Shown: piece by piece, positions 25,702-39,185 of the stretch
Layout of the letters: the number at the start of each line of letters is the position of its first letter
Numbering within the stretch: position 1 is the first letter of the stretch
Made by a program: the position numbers and the translations under genes
The notes under the pieces: model-generated
What the model saw: only the letters and a program-made list of their open reading frames with translations
What the model was told of the DNA's origin: nothing
The model's database searches: none
Origin: Octopus bimaculoides
Taxonomy: Eukaryota
Assembly (NCBI RefSeq): GCF_001194135.2
Contig: NC_068983.1
Coordinates: forward strand, 149,312,051-149,376,050
Direction: 5' to 3'
Length of the DNA: 64,000 nt

Positions 25702-26143
25702 TATCACCTTCTCCCATTAATTTTTGTTCTTTGCATTGTTTCAGGTTCCAACAGGTGAGGAAAGAAGTCTTAAGAAAAATGCAAATTCTCAACTAGTTTT
25801 ATTTACAAGTTACACAGAAGGTGGAGTGTGTTGCTCTCAGTATGCCATCTCAAGCTGTGTGCATTCATTATATCTTTGTTATGTGGGCCCATTGCCTCTG
25901 GAGATATGACATGCAGACTAGCCGAGAGACCCAGAATTGTGTTCAGCAAGCGCTTGTGGTGAATAATAGATAGAATCTATTTGTTGGGCCCTTATATCCA
26001 GTTTGCCATCACAAGCCTCATTGTGATCTCCTGCATGGCAAGTGGATGCAGTTGAGGTCTTGCTCCAGTCTTGGAGATGGCAATGGCTGCTGTGAAATCT
26101 CGAAATCTCATCCAATATGGCGCTGACTATTTGTGCCGCTACA
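25702..26143 (-). repeat. Copy 2; probable 5' LTR of the Gypsy remnant
   Basis: Minus strand begins TGTAGCGG at 26143, has GATATAAGGG and AATAAA; shares the repeat with 24220-24355; no TSD found. Confidence 0.5.
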
Positions 26144-27149
26144 AATTCTACAAATTTAATTTATTTTTTCATTCCTCTGAGATTAATAAAAGTACCAGTA
26201 ATATTCATGGCCATATCTATTGGGTGTATCTTTCTATTACAAATTTTTTGGTCCTGTACCAAATTATGAAATTGTTATGTTTATAATAGGGAGAATAGAC
26301 TGGAAAAAATGGTGTCTTAGCACATTATAGAATATAGTGTAGCTAAGTTCACATCACACTGTTTCTGATAAATAAATGATAATTTGTCATTCTTTCCTTC
26401 AAGACTTATTTGTTATTTTAGCCTCAAGTAACCCTTTACTGAGCAAATCTATGATGAAAACCATTCCACCCATGAACACACTATTTTTTTTCTGATATAG
26501 TGTATTTAGGTCTGCCATTCCTTCTTTAAGACTATACAGTGTGATTTGAGAAAGATTTGGTCATTATTTCTAGTTGGTCAAAAGACTGTGTGGAGGCTCC
26601 CTCATTGACTTTTAGAAAGAAGTACCAATAATATGCTAGAATCATTTCAATCAGCTACAAGTTGGTGACAGGAAAAGCATCTAGCTGTAGGAAATCTGCC
26701 TCAACAAATTCCATTTGACCCATGCAAGCATGGAAAATGGATTACAATGATGATATGCCAGTGTTCACCCAGGATGAGTTGAGTAGTTCCAATTAGTGAA
26801 TCCACAGCATCACAACAGAGGACATCATGCTTAGTGATCACTAACAATTAAGCAGGCCTCTGATGAAAATGTTTTAGCTATGACCACACTGTTTTATTTT
26901 CAGACACAGTATATCTAGGACTACATTATCCAATGTGTTCTGCCTTGTTTGATGCAGTAAGGACATCACATAGCAGCCATAATGTTTGTTGTTTGTTTAA
27001 CCCCAGGTCAATCTCAATCAAGTACACCTCTGATCAAAAAGTAATCCAGCCATGCAGCACCATCATTTTAGAGTTATGTAGGACTATGTTATCTTGTCCT
27101 TATATGAAGGGTACAGATCCCCTTTGATCATGAATGATCATAGAATTGT

Positions 27150-27430
27150 ACCAAGAAAGTTACTCTCCAAGACACAAGTCCAGGCAAAGTTGTATATGGA
27201 AGACGAGCAGTCACCCATGCATACCAGCCTCTCTTCTCCAAACCACTGAAGTTATCCAAAGGAAAGACAAAGGCTGATATAGCTTGGCACAAGTGATGTC
27301 ACAATTCATTGCTACAGCTGAGCAAACTGGAGCAACATGAAATAAAGTGTCTTGCTCAAGAACACAACACACAGCCTGGTCCAGGAATCAAACTCACTAC
27401 CTCATGACTGTGAGCCCAATGCTCTAACCT
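27150..27430 (-). mobile_element. tRNA-derived SINE, same subfamily as 34811
   Basis: Reverse complement of the 34811-35146 body. Confidence 0.75.
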
Positions 27431-28229
27431 TCGCTGTCTTCATATAAGAGTGTAGAATATGATATGAGGGAGATTTAGCTGTTATTTCTAGCAGATCAAT
27501 TTATAGAGGCTTCCTAATTGGGTAATATGCTGAGTTTGGTTCAGCAGACTGTATCCAATTGCCTTAGAATTCTGTAACCTCATGTCAATGCAAGAAATCA
27601 TTATGGTAGCAGTGATAGAATAAAGATATCAAATTAGAATCCTTCATCAATAAGGATTTTACAAGATAGGAACTGATTTGGTTTTTAAACAGTCTCTAAT
27701 GCTTTAATGGTATTCCTAGTCACATACCGAATAGTGAAGTTACAAGAATAACTCACAGAAATCTCTCAAACAACTTTACATTTGTTATATAAATATTGTT
27801 TTTTGGTTTATGCATGTATCATAAATAACACACATAAGTACATACACAGATACACACATACACACACACTAGCATATATAGAAATATTTTGTGGTTTATT
27901 GACAGAATATATCATATACATGCACATGCATATACATACACATGTGAGCATTACATGCATATACATACACACACACAAACACACACACATATATAAATGA
28001 TGTTCTTGTTTACTAATACATTCGTATATACATAAACATGTACAAAAAATCTTACAAATGTATACTCTCAAGTACACATACATTTGAATAACCAGCATGT
28101 ATTAATAAACACACATATATATATATACCCATACACACAGTTACAAATACATACTCTTTCCAGCTAACAGAAACAACTAAAAATTTACACATGAATATAC
28201 ACAAGCACACACACACACACACACACACA

Positions 28230-28578
28230 NNNNNNNNNNNNNNNNNNNNNNNNNNNNNNNNNNNNNNNNNNNNNNNNNNNNNNNNNNNNNNNNNNNNNNN
28301 NNNNNNNNNNNNNNNNNNNNNNNNNNNNNNNNNNNNNNNNNNNNNNNNNNNNNNNNNNNNNNNNNNNNNNNNNNNNNNNNNNNNNNNNNNNNNNNNNNNN
28401 NNNNNNNNNNNNNNNNNNNNNNNNNNNNNNNNNNNNNNNNNNNNNNNNNNNNNNNNNNNNNNNNNNNNNNNNNNNNNNNNNNNNNNNNNNNNNNNNNNNN
28501 NNNNNNNNNNNNNNNNNNNNNNNNNNNNNNNNNNNNNNNNNNNNNNNNNNNNNNNNNNNNNNNNNNNNNNNNNNNNNN
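28230..28578. other. Assembly gap (N)
   Basis: N run. Confidence 1.
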
Positions 28579-28819
28579 TATATTACATTATATTATATAT
28601 ATTTACACACATGTTGTTCTAATGCGTGCAGTAATGTTATTGGTAATGGTGGTGGTGGTGGTGGTGGTGGTGGTTGGGGAGAGATAGTGCTGAAATTTCT
28701 GGAAACTACTAGAAGAGTGATTTATGTAGTCCTTTATTGATTACCTGGGTGATAGGTTGTACTTGGTTCAGGGTGTTGTGTTGTTATGGTGATGCAGCAG
28801 AGTACATGGACATTTTTTG

Positions 28820-28836
28820 TGTGCTTGTGTATGTGT

Positions 28837-28880
<44 letters not shown>

Positions 28881-29125
28881 CTGTTTGTATGTGTGCATGC
28901 ATGCATGTACATATATGTGTATGAGCGAGTGTGTATGTAAATGTTTGTCCATGCGTGTGTGTGTGTGTGTGTGTGTGTTTGAATGAGTATTTGTCTGTAT
29001 GTGCTTATATGTATGAGAGAGAGAGTGAGTGTATGTGTGTGCATGGGTGTGTGAGTATGTGTGTATGCATGTGTGTGTGAGAGAGAGAGTGTGTGTGAGT
29101 GTATGTGTATGTGTGTGTGTGAACA
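28820..29125. repeat. Degenerate (TG)n/(GA)n low-complexity tract
   Basis: Direct reading. Confidence 0.9.
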
Positions 29126-29422
29126 TGCTGGAATCTGTCATTTAAGTGTCAGTGCTGGTATAGAAATATAGTAGAGTACATAGATACTCGCCGCTGGGTG
29201 GGGGTGGTGTAGGATAGTGATGGGGCGAAGTGGGCCCTCTCCCCCTCCCGTCATCAGGGGTATTGTGTTGTCATGATAATACAGTAGGGTAGATGGGCAC
29301 TTGTGACAAGCTTTATGTTGCTGTAGTGGGGTATGTAGGTCATCAATTTAGTATTGTCATGGTTAATATGACAGGATTGTATGGACACCTGTGACTGGAA
29401 ATTGTATGTGTATGTGTATTTG

Positions 29423-29471
<49 letters not shown>

Positions 29472-29643
29472 GTGTCTATGTATAGGATAGTGTAATGAGA
29501 TGTGTGTGTGTGTGTGCGTGTGTGCAGATCACTGTGGTATTTTGTTATGATAATATGGTACACAGCACCTGTTGTGACTAGCTGTATATAAGTGTAAGGG
29601 GCGTGTTTATGTCAGACAATCCTAAAGTCAGGTTAATATTGTA

Positions 29644-31554
29644 GAGTGGTTCCCAACCACTTTCTTTTTAGCTCGTGCCTCCCCCCCCCCACCAACCACC
29701 CACCCACTGTGGAATCTTTAATTTTTTTATGTAGTGGAGGCTCTCAACATTATTAGTGAAAAAGTACCTCAATTTTGTAATAAATGGTCAAGGTCACTTT
29801 TGAGAAATTAAAATTAAAAACCTTTAATGAAAATAAAATTCACAAAACTTATCAAACAATAATGATTTCAAATTTTGGCACAAGGCTAGCAATTTTGGGG
29901 AAGAGGATAAGTCGATTACATTGACTCCAGTGTTTAACTGGTACTTATTTTATTGACCCCAAGAGGATGAAAGGTAAAGCTGACCTTGGTTGAATTTGAA
30001 CTCAGTTTGTAGAGATGGAAGAAATGCCGCTTAGCATTTTGCTCAGCGTGCTAACAATTCTGCTAGCTCACTGCATTAGTTTATCAAATAATAATGATAT
30101 TTTAAATAATGTTTTAAATTAGTTTTATTATCATAAAACTTATTTCTATGAATATTTAAGAACTGATAAACAATTAAAATGAATTTTTTTCAAAGTGATC
30201 TGTTTTCTATCATTAACTCCATTAAAAAATCAGTATCTATTAATTGCACATTTATTTTGTTATTTTCTATTTCACAAAAACAAAATTATTTTTGTGGTTT
30301 CAATAAAACAACCATTTATAATCATCGATCATTTTTCTGGTATATCACACAAAGCAAAAGACTTCTATTGACATCCAGAAAATAAAATAATTAAAAAAAA
30401 AAAACAATTACTTTTTGAGATCCCTTATCAAAGTAAAAAGAATATCATACTACCTTTTTATCCAGTGAGATCTTGTGGCTGAAGCAATTTTCCAAGTTTT
30501 TCAATAGCAGGGTCCATAGTTATTAGAGACAAAGGAGGATCATCTTTACTAACAATTTCTAAGGAATTGCATGTATCTAATACTAGGAAAGACACTTGGT
30601 TAAAATCTGGCTCAACTAGGTAAGATGTAGGAAAGACAATGAAATATAATTTTATTTCCTTCCAAAGTAATGAGAATTTTATAGCAATTTCACACCTCGT
30701 CCACTAGTTATTGAACTTATGATTAAATTTAATTTGAGCAGTTTGATTATTCTACAACTTAATATGAATTTTTTGTAGTTTGATTTTAACATTAAATGCA
30801 TTTGTTCCAAATGAGTCTACCACCCAACTTGAAATATTCATTTCCAGGAGATCTTTAAACCTAATTTCCATATCATTGTGCAATTTATTCAATTGCTCAA
30901 TGTACCCTAAAATATCATTATCTTGCAGTTCCTCATCAATTGCTGCAAGGGTTAAAGATGCATCAACTTCTTACACCCAGTATTTATAGTGGAGAAATTA
31001 AGTTCAAGGAAAGAACTAGTAGCCTCTTTGCAAATTAAAATATTTGTATTTTTACCTTGTAGCTGTTTGTTTTTGCAAAATTAGCTTCTCAAAATATATC
31101 TCTAAGGTAGAATATATCATATTTGGCAGCTAGGATATTTTCTCCAAGCTGCTTATCATTCAGAAACATTACAACACTGTCCCAAAGTTCAATGAAGCGA
31201 TGCAGGTAATTATCCTTAGAGATTGTCACCTGATGTATGAACTTCAAAGCAATAACATAATATTTAATTCATACAAGACTTTCCAAAACCAACTTGATAG
31301 TTTATTCATCAATGATAAATTACTATCAAAGTGTCAAATGAATCTCTTTTTTTTTCTTTCTTGTCATGACAGAACTTTAGCTATAGAAGATGTATTGTGT
31401 ATGTATGTTTTTGTTTAGAAATCTTAAAGAGTTACAGTCAGAAATTGCAAATTTTAGAAACAGAGTAGTTGTGAGCCTCTTTATTGAGCCAATAACTCCT
31501 CTTGATTCCTAAATTTTTAGGAACTTTATCATGGCCCCAGGTTGGAAAACATTG
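29644..31554 (-). mobile_element. hAT (Charlie/Buster-like) DNA transposon remnant with nested SINE
   Basis: Minus-strand fragments SKDNYLHRFIELWDSVVMFL..DIFYLRDIF, QLQGKN, HNDMEIRFKDLLEMNISSWVVDSF, FPTSYLVE, MDPAIEKL; TIR-like AGTGGTTCCCAACC (29645) and GGTTGGAAAACATTG (31540-31554). Confidence 0.85.
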
Positions 31555-32699
31555 TTATAGGGTACAAGGATTGGATATTTGTAATTGCGTGTCTGTGTGT
31601 GCATGTGGGAGTATGTGAGATTGCTTCTTTTTGACAGCACTCTTGACCTTTTTCAAGGACTTCAAGTATAGTGGGACAAATTGAAGGATTTACCCTCAGA
31701 CTGCTAGAGGCACCCCAGAGTCAGGTGGCAATGTTAAACTTGTCTATGGATTAAGTCTAAAACTGAAAACATGAACAATAATCCTATGAGCTTCCACACA
31801 ATTTTCATCCACCAAAATTCACTCACAAGGCTTTGACTGAGCTGAGGCTATGTTAGAAGAAGCTGTCAAGCAACTACAAAGAGGTTCCTTTGCTGGCTTG
31901 AGTTGGCCAGGGAGAGATAGGGTGCCGATTATGAATTAGAAGGGCAGAGGCTGTTGTAAAAGCATTTAAAAGAAAGAGTTTATCTGTGATCAGCAGTTAT
32001 TTATCCAGTAAAATATTAATGAGGGATGTTTGTGTGTGTAATAGTGGTGCCATCCCATTTATGTAAGCAGAATTGAACAGTATTCTGATATGTTTTAATA
32101 TATATACTCTTGGACATAATGATGTGGTTGTAAGATTTGAACATATGATCATGTGGCCATAAAGCTAGCACCTTGACTTCACAAACACTATACTTCCTTT
32201 TTGTTAATGAAATAAATCATAAAAATATAATAAGGCAACATTTGAATTATCCATATTTCCATATCCTAACCCTAACCTGTCTCTTTCAATAGCATTGAAT
32301 TTCATTAATCACACTTAACAACAGAAGTTTTAAACTACATTCTCCTTGTTCATGAAAATTACACTGCTAAAATCCTGACAATGCTAAGCGTCACACTTCT
32401 TGGATGATGCTATTGAAGCTGAATCCTGAAATAAGGTTTCTCTTTTGACCCTAAAAATACTTCACTTCTGATCAGTTATTTATTTTTTTCAACCTACGTA
32501 AGAGTGCTATTCACATATCTGATAAATTGGTATTGCTGCTATAATATTTAGTACTGCATTAAGAAAAATCCATATTGCTGTTTCACAAAAGCTCATCAAT
32601 AACCTTCTAATTTACAAACCAGCTGTTTCTTCTCTTTACCTCTTTCACTACCACTACAATACCTTCTAATTCTCTGAACAAGCAAGCTGTGTTTCATCT

Positions 32700-32900
32700 C
32701 AGTTGAGTCCCATCTAATGCATTTGCTTATGCTCTTTACATTATCCTTATTGTGTTTCATCCTAAAGTCCTGTACTAAACTTTTTTCCAACCATTCCTCC
32801 TCAGAGCTACAACCTTCTGGAATTCCCTTCCTGCTGATATTTTTCCTACTGAAGTTTAAACTGAATATCAGCAGGAGTCTAGAGGAAATTCACAAGTCAT
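32700..32900 (+). mobile_element. CR1/L2-like LINE 3' end
   Basis: FSNHS..RATTFWNSLPADIFP..FKLNISR resembles the FFPRT..LWNSLP C-terminal motif. Confidence 0.5.
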
Positions 32901-33085
32901 AGAGACTTTTGCTTCTTTCTTGATTAATCAATAAGAGGGAAAACAGGCATGGCTGCAACCATGTAGTTTCAGTTTCAATTTCACAGCAGAAAACCTCAAA
33001 CAAATACCCTCTCCTATTGCACTGATTCAACCAAAGCCTAGGAAGGAAGTTTTATAGATGGAAATTGAATGGAAACCTATCAGAG

Positions 33086-33225
<140 letters not shown>

Positions 33226-33324
33226 ACTATGTGATCAAAAGTATCCAGTCACCCCACAAAACATGTTTATCATAGAGGGTGACACAGTATATTACAGAGG
33301 GCATCACAGTACTTCCATTTATCA

Positions 33325-33450
33325 TGCATGCATGCATGTATGTATGTATGTATGTATGTATGTATGTATGTATGTATGTATGTATGTATGCATGTATGTA
33401 TGTATGTATGTATGTATGTTTGTATGTATGGATGCATGCATGCATGCATG
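33325..33450. repeat. (TATG)n microsatellite
   Basis: Direct reading. Confidence 0.95.
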
Positions 33451-33489
33451 TCAATGAAGGATGACAGAATCAGTATCGTTACCATCTTC

Positions 33490-34700
33490 ATTTTTGCATT
33501 GTGTTTTCCATCTATGCCTGGATTGGCTGTATTTCCTCCAGCACTACTGAAAACCACTTCTTGCTGTCCTTTATCATCATCCTGAGGTTTGGCATCTTAA
33601 TATCTGAACTTTATTACTTCTTCCCATGTCTTCTAGATCTTTCACGTATTCCTTCCTCTAGAATTGTTTAGTAAGTCTTTACCTTTCTCAGTGCGTATCA
33701 CATCTTTACCAACTCACTTTTGTTCCTTTCATACTGAGTTTTTCTCTCATCACATCTGTACTCCATTCTTCATGCACACTAGTATTAGACATCCAGTGGA
33801 ACATGCTTGCCTCATTTCTATCCCACCTTCACACATCTTCCACATTCAATGACCATTTTCACTACCAAACAAAATTTCACTTCATATACAAGCATCATTC
33901 AATCTGCTCTTTAACTTGAAGAGAGAAACCTTTTGCTTCCAGAAGAAATACCTTTCTGAACATTTTCTATCCTGTTCTTATTCTGTCTGTTAAGCTTTTG
34001 AAACACTTTTCTCTATAGCAAATTAGTTTTACTAGGTAATAGAAGCTACCAATTCTAAGGAGCCTTTCAAGCATTTGAAAGAATTTATTCATAGATGCTC
34101 TTGCTGCTAAATACTCTTGTGTATCTGCTATTGTCAAATTTCTTTACTCTGTTAGGAAGTCATTCATCAATATTTGTGTAAAAGCTCTCAGAAGCCATAA
34201 TTTCTGGTTATGCTTCTTAGCAACCACCAGACTACAGTGTGGCACCTTGTCAAAGACTTCCAGATCAAGAATGCTAGTGAATTACTTTTCCTATAGTTGT
34301 AGCTGCCTCACCAGCAGGAAAGCATCAGTCATATTCTTTCAAGACAGAAACCTAAACTGCAGCTCATCTAAGCTTTTTATTTAATTGTTTCTGTGATTTT
34401 CATAATTTGGTTCATCTGTTTGATGCTTTTACAGTTGCTTCTTTCCAAAGTATAACCTTTACCTTTGTAGCAGCCAGTGACATTTTCTCATTGCAAAACA
34501 CTGGCAAACCTCATAAATTTCAGCTTTTCTTTCTGTTGCATATACATAATGTCTACCTACTCTTCTATCCCTGATAGTGTTACTTGCTCCCTTTCTTCTG
34601 ATCTTTCCAGGACTGTCTCTTAGTTTTTATGGCCTTATCTACTGTACCATTCCATCACCATGTCACTTTTCTTCTTGCTAAAACTGGTTTCCTTCTATAG
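33490..34700 (-). mobile_element. Highly degenerate LINE (probably RTE) body
   Basis: Pyrimidine-skewed plus strand typical of antisense LINE ORFs; no long ORF; weak similarity only. Confidence 0.35.
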
Positions 34701-34810
34701 ATCTGCTCTATGGCTCACAAATTCCTGATTATTCTTTATGTCATAAGTTTCTATCCTCTTCTTATCATCATATGTATCAACTGGTATTTCTTCGTACCTA
34801 TGTCTTACGG

Positions 34811-35146
34811 TGAAGGTGCATGGCTCAGTGGTTAGAGCGTCGAGCTTACGATCGTGAGGTTGTGAGTTCGAATCCCGGACTGGGCTGCATGTTGTGTTCT
34901 TGAGCAAGACACTTTATTTCATGTTGCTCCAGTTAACTCAGCTGTAGAAATGAGTTGCGACGTCACAGGCACCAAGCTGTATCGGCCTTTGCCTTTCCTT
35001 TGGATAACACTGGTGGCGTGGCAAGGGGAGGCCAGTATGCATGGGTGACTGCTGGTCTTCCATAAACAACCTTGCCTGGACTTGTGCCTGGGAGGGTAAC
35101 TTTCTAGGTGCAATCCCATGGTCAGTCATGACCAAAGGGGGTCTCA
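34811..35146 (+). mobile_element. Young tRNA-derived SINE with intact Pol III A and B boxes
   Basis: TGGCTCAGTGG (34821-34831), GTTCGAATCC (34866-34875), then CORE-like TTCTTGAGCAAGACACTT. Confidence 0.88.
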
Positions 35147-37120
35147 ATGTCTTACCAAGGGATTGTTTAATGTCCATATCTTCCTTCTCCAGATTGTCCA
35201 AAGTGTCACTGAGTTTGACTTGCTCTTATTTTGAAGTTTGCTGATCCCTAATTCATGTCAAGTGATACATTCTGGGTTAGACTTAGTATTCACAACTAAT
35301 TACCTATTTACTGTGAGTATAAAATTTAACTGGGTTGTGTGTTTGCCTGATTGATAGGTAACTGCATGGTTGGTCAGCTAACTTCATGAAATTGCTGTTG
35401 CAAATGATTAGTCCATTTACATCACAAAACTCAAAACTCCAAGAGCTTTGATTCTTCTTTATTCAATGTACTATATCTTTAGCTCCTACATACATTAGAT
35501 CAGATTTCATAGTGTTGCACAGCATAATCATTAATGCACTGGTAAGGAGGTGGCTATCATTTGTTATTGAAGCTGTCTGCAAGAGGATTTCATGAAAATG
35601 TCCTTTTACTCATCTACCTGCCCTGATTGGAATGCATATGCACAGATCACTCAAGAGATTGGAAAAAACTGGGTAGAGTATTAAATCCTGATGTATCTAA
35701 GTTTAATTATTCTGTCTCATATTCTGACTACCAGCAATCAAAAATATCTTGTAATATTTGATTTTGTCTCAATTGTATCCCTCTACACCAAGGGCAACTT
35801 TGCCACTCCTTCTCATGAGATTTATAGAATAAGTATCTAAGAATTCACTCAATTAATTAAAATACCTTGAACATGATGATGCTCCAAAGACTGAAAGCTG
35901 TAAAATAAAATTTTAAAAAATGTAATAATGCTTGCTTTAGTTTACTCAAATCAGGTAAAATCATGATCTATTTTTGAAACATGTTGAAAAATAATAAGAG
36001 CTGACAGAACTTGAACTCAAAACAAAAAGAGATGAGACTAAATGTTGGTAGATATTTTGTCCAATGCTGTACATATTTTGCCAATCTATCACTATTACCA
36101 TCTCCAAATTGATACGAAGTTGGCAGAAACAGTGGAACTGGTAGTTGCTTTGCTTTTTATTTTACCAAGGCTGATAAAATAAGTACCAGTATTACGCTTG
36201 GGATCTATACCTTTCACTCTATTTCTCACCTAAAAAAAAATTGACCTTTTGCAGAGTAACCTCTCTCCACCACCTAGAAATCAATAATGATAAGTGTTAA
36301 AAAAGATAACAATAGAAGTAACACCAAAATTGGAAGATGATGATGAAATTATTGATGCAGATGCTATTGATGAATCCAGTGCACTGGCAGCAACCATAAC
36401 AAAATTATCCTCTATTTTATGTACTACAAAGAAACGAAAAATAAAAAATAAAGTGTTACCATGGTAACTAGGTTCTAAGAATGGAATAGATTGCAGTAGT
36501 GTGGAGGAGTGGAAGAAGAGAGAAGAGGAGAGATGAGCTATGAAGGCATTAGGTCATTCAGTCAGGTAAACAGATGCATGCAGGCTGTTCCAAGCAGTAG
36601 CTCTGTAGGAAGATGGTGAAGTTGGCAGTGCAGCAAGATAGAAATTAAATGTATAAAAAAAAACAGAAGGAAAAAGAGGAGGAAGCTTGCAGGTATATTT
36701 TAAGGCAGTCTATGCAGCACAGGAAGAAGTAGTCAGTCAGTCAGTGAGTGTTGTTTATGTTGCTCAGTAATCTTGGTCAGAGAGTCGCAGATAGTTGAGT
36801 CATTAAAGTGTCAGGCTAACAATCAAAGAGTTGGCACTTCATATCCTCACCAGCATTGTGACATGTTCTTAACAGAGTCAATTAGCTCTCAACAGTTCAA
36901 GCTCACATACCTGTTGCATAAATAAATCAAGAAGAGATACAACTCAGAACTGTAAGCTGCAGTAGCACTGTATAATTGACAAATAGTTTATTAGATTACT
37001 GAACTGATTTCAATTCCTGCTGAGTGATTAATTTTCTCAGTTATATCATGGTGTCTCTATGACCCAATAGATTATGGGACTAACTCCCCAAACAAGTCAG
37101 TTTGATTTGAACAGGTTTAA

Positions 37121-37338
37121 TCCATTTTTAATCATATTTCTGTTAAAATAGTCTGGTTTTGTCTAAATTAATTTTGGAGATAATGAAACATTTAGTAAAT
37201 AACTCAATCATTAAAATGGGGTTTGAAACATAAATTAACATGGAACTTTGATGGAAAGTTTTAATTTAGATTGCTTTCAAACAGAAGGTTTGTATTATGG
37301 AACCACAGGTGGCTCTGGATGGGTTGGTATCAAAAGGG
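37121..37338 (+). mobile_element. piggyBac-type MITE (TTAA-flanked)
   Basis: TTAA at 37117-37120 and 37339-37342; right end GGTATCAAAAGGG; similar to 39583-39803. Confidence 0.7.
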
Positions 37339-38284
37339 TTAATGCACAGATGTTGGCAATCAAATATGGTAAATTTTCATATTACAAAATATTACATTTC
37401 CTATATTACAAATATACATTTCCTATATTGTTACTCTTTTACTTGTTTCAGTCATTTGACTGTGGCCATGCTGGAGCACTGCCTTTAAATTATAATAGGA
37501 CCTGCGAGGTCCTTCGCCCGAAAGGTGGAAGTCACAAATATTTAATGGAGGGGCTAAAGTAATTTGAATTGATCATCATTTTATTAGTTGTAGTAGGATG
37601 AAAGGCAAATATCGACCCTAGTAGGAAATGAACTTAGATGACAGAAAGATATAGTTACATACTATAAAGTATGCAGTTAGCTCTACAACCTTTCTGATAC
37701 TCCACTATTTTTTTCTTGTTACTTAATATAAAACGTCTGTTGAAATGAGTCAGAATAACTATTCTAGCAGAGGTTGTCTTTTATATATTAAAAGAACACA
37801 CTATTTTAAGATTAAGGGCTTAAAATGTTAAAATGTCTATTTTAAAAATGGTGGTGAGTTTGTCGAGAGATTTGGTTGTTATATTAAATGTATGTCACTT
37901 TACTGTTCTTCAGGTGATGAAAATCTTTTTAGCGATGCTTTTATTAATTTGTATTATATCCATGACCAAGATACTTAATTGTTCATTAAGTTCACTGATT
38001 TAAACAGTAACAGTTATTATAAAATTGATGAGTGTTTTATTAACTTACAATGTTTTACCCTTCTGGAAACAACCTCAGAAGGATAGATGCACATAGAGTA
38101 ATCAACCAGCTTCTGTAAAAACATACTGTGCTAAGGATATCAATGACACAAAAAGCTACATCTGAAATTTTTATACACAAAGAAGCAGAGAGATTTCAAT
38201 TTCTAATTGGAGTTATTTCACTGTAATTTTACAAAGACATGTAGCTCACGCTTCTTATTTCTCTTTTCCTGAAGTATCAGGTCT

Positions 38285-39185
38285 TTGTTTGGCAGATAAA
38301 ATGCCTAGTGGCATTTCTTCCAGCTTTTTCTGAGTTCAAATGCTGCTAAGCTCAACTTTACCTTTCATCCTTTCGTTGTTGGTAAAATAAGTAGCGTTTG
38401 AGAAGTGGGGTTAATGTAATCAACTTAACTTCTCCCTTAAAATTGCTGGCCCTGTGCCAAAATCTGAAACCATTATTATTATTATTATTATTANNNNNNN
38501 NNNTTATTATTATTATTATTATTATTAAGATGGCAAGCTGACATAAATGTTAGCAAGTTAGACAAAATACTTAGAAGCATTTTTCCTGGTTTTACATTCT
38601 GCTAAGACTGACTTTGCCTTTCATCCTTTCAGGATTCATAAAAGTACCAGCTGAGCACTGGGGTTGATGTAATGGACTAGCCCCTTTCCTTGAAAATCTC
38701 AAGCCTTGTGTCTACAGTAGAAAGAATTATTATAAAGGTGGTGAGGTCATAGAATTATTAATCAGTCAGACAAAATCCTTAGCAGCTTTTCTTCCAGCTC
38801 TTTATGTTTGGGGTTCAAATTCTGCCCAGTCAACTTTGCCTTTCATCCTTTTGAGATCAATAAAATTAATATGAAATACCAGTTGAACATTGAGGTCAAT
38901 GTAATCAACTTATCCCTCCCTTAAAACTGCAGCCCTTGTACCAAAATTTGAAACCATTATTGATAAGGCAGCAAGCTGGCGGAATCGTTAGCTCGCTGGA
39001 TGAAATGCTTAGCAGTATTTTGTCTGGCTTCATGTTCTGAGTTCAAATTCCACCAAGGTTGACTTTGCCTTTCATCTATTCAGGGTTGATAAAATTAAGT
39101 ACCAGTGAGACACTGGGGTCGGTGTAATCAACTTATTCTCTACCATAAAATTGCTGCCCTTGTGGAAAAAATTGAAACCATTATT
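38285..39185 (+). mobile_element. Four head-to-tail short SINE copies separated by (ATT)n tails
   Basis: Units at about 38285, 38526, 38735 and 38964, each with GAGTTCAAAT/GACTTTGCCTTTCATCC/AAGTACCAG. Confidence 0.85.

Noticed and set aside
30420-30580. Apparent terminal exon of a host gene on the minus strand
   Set aside because: It is the hAT transposase C-terminal dimerisation region, continuous with FPTSYLVE
34811-34890. tRNA gene (also 45023-45100 and 3114-3190)
   Set aside because: A/B boxes run straight into SINE body sequence with no closing acceptor stem or terminator; these are multicopy SINE heads
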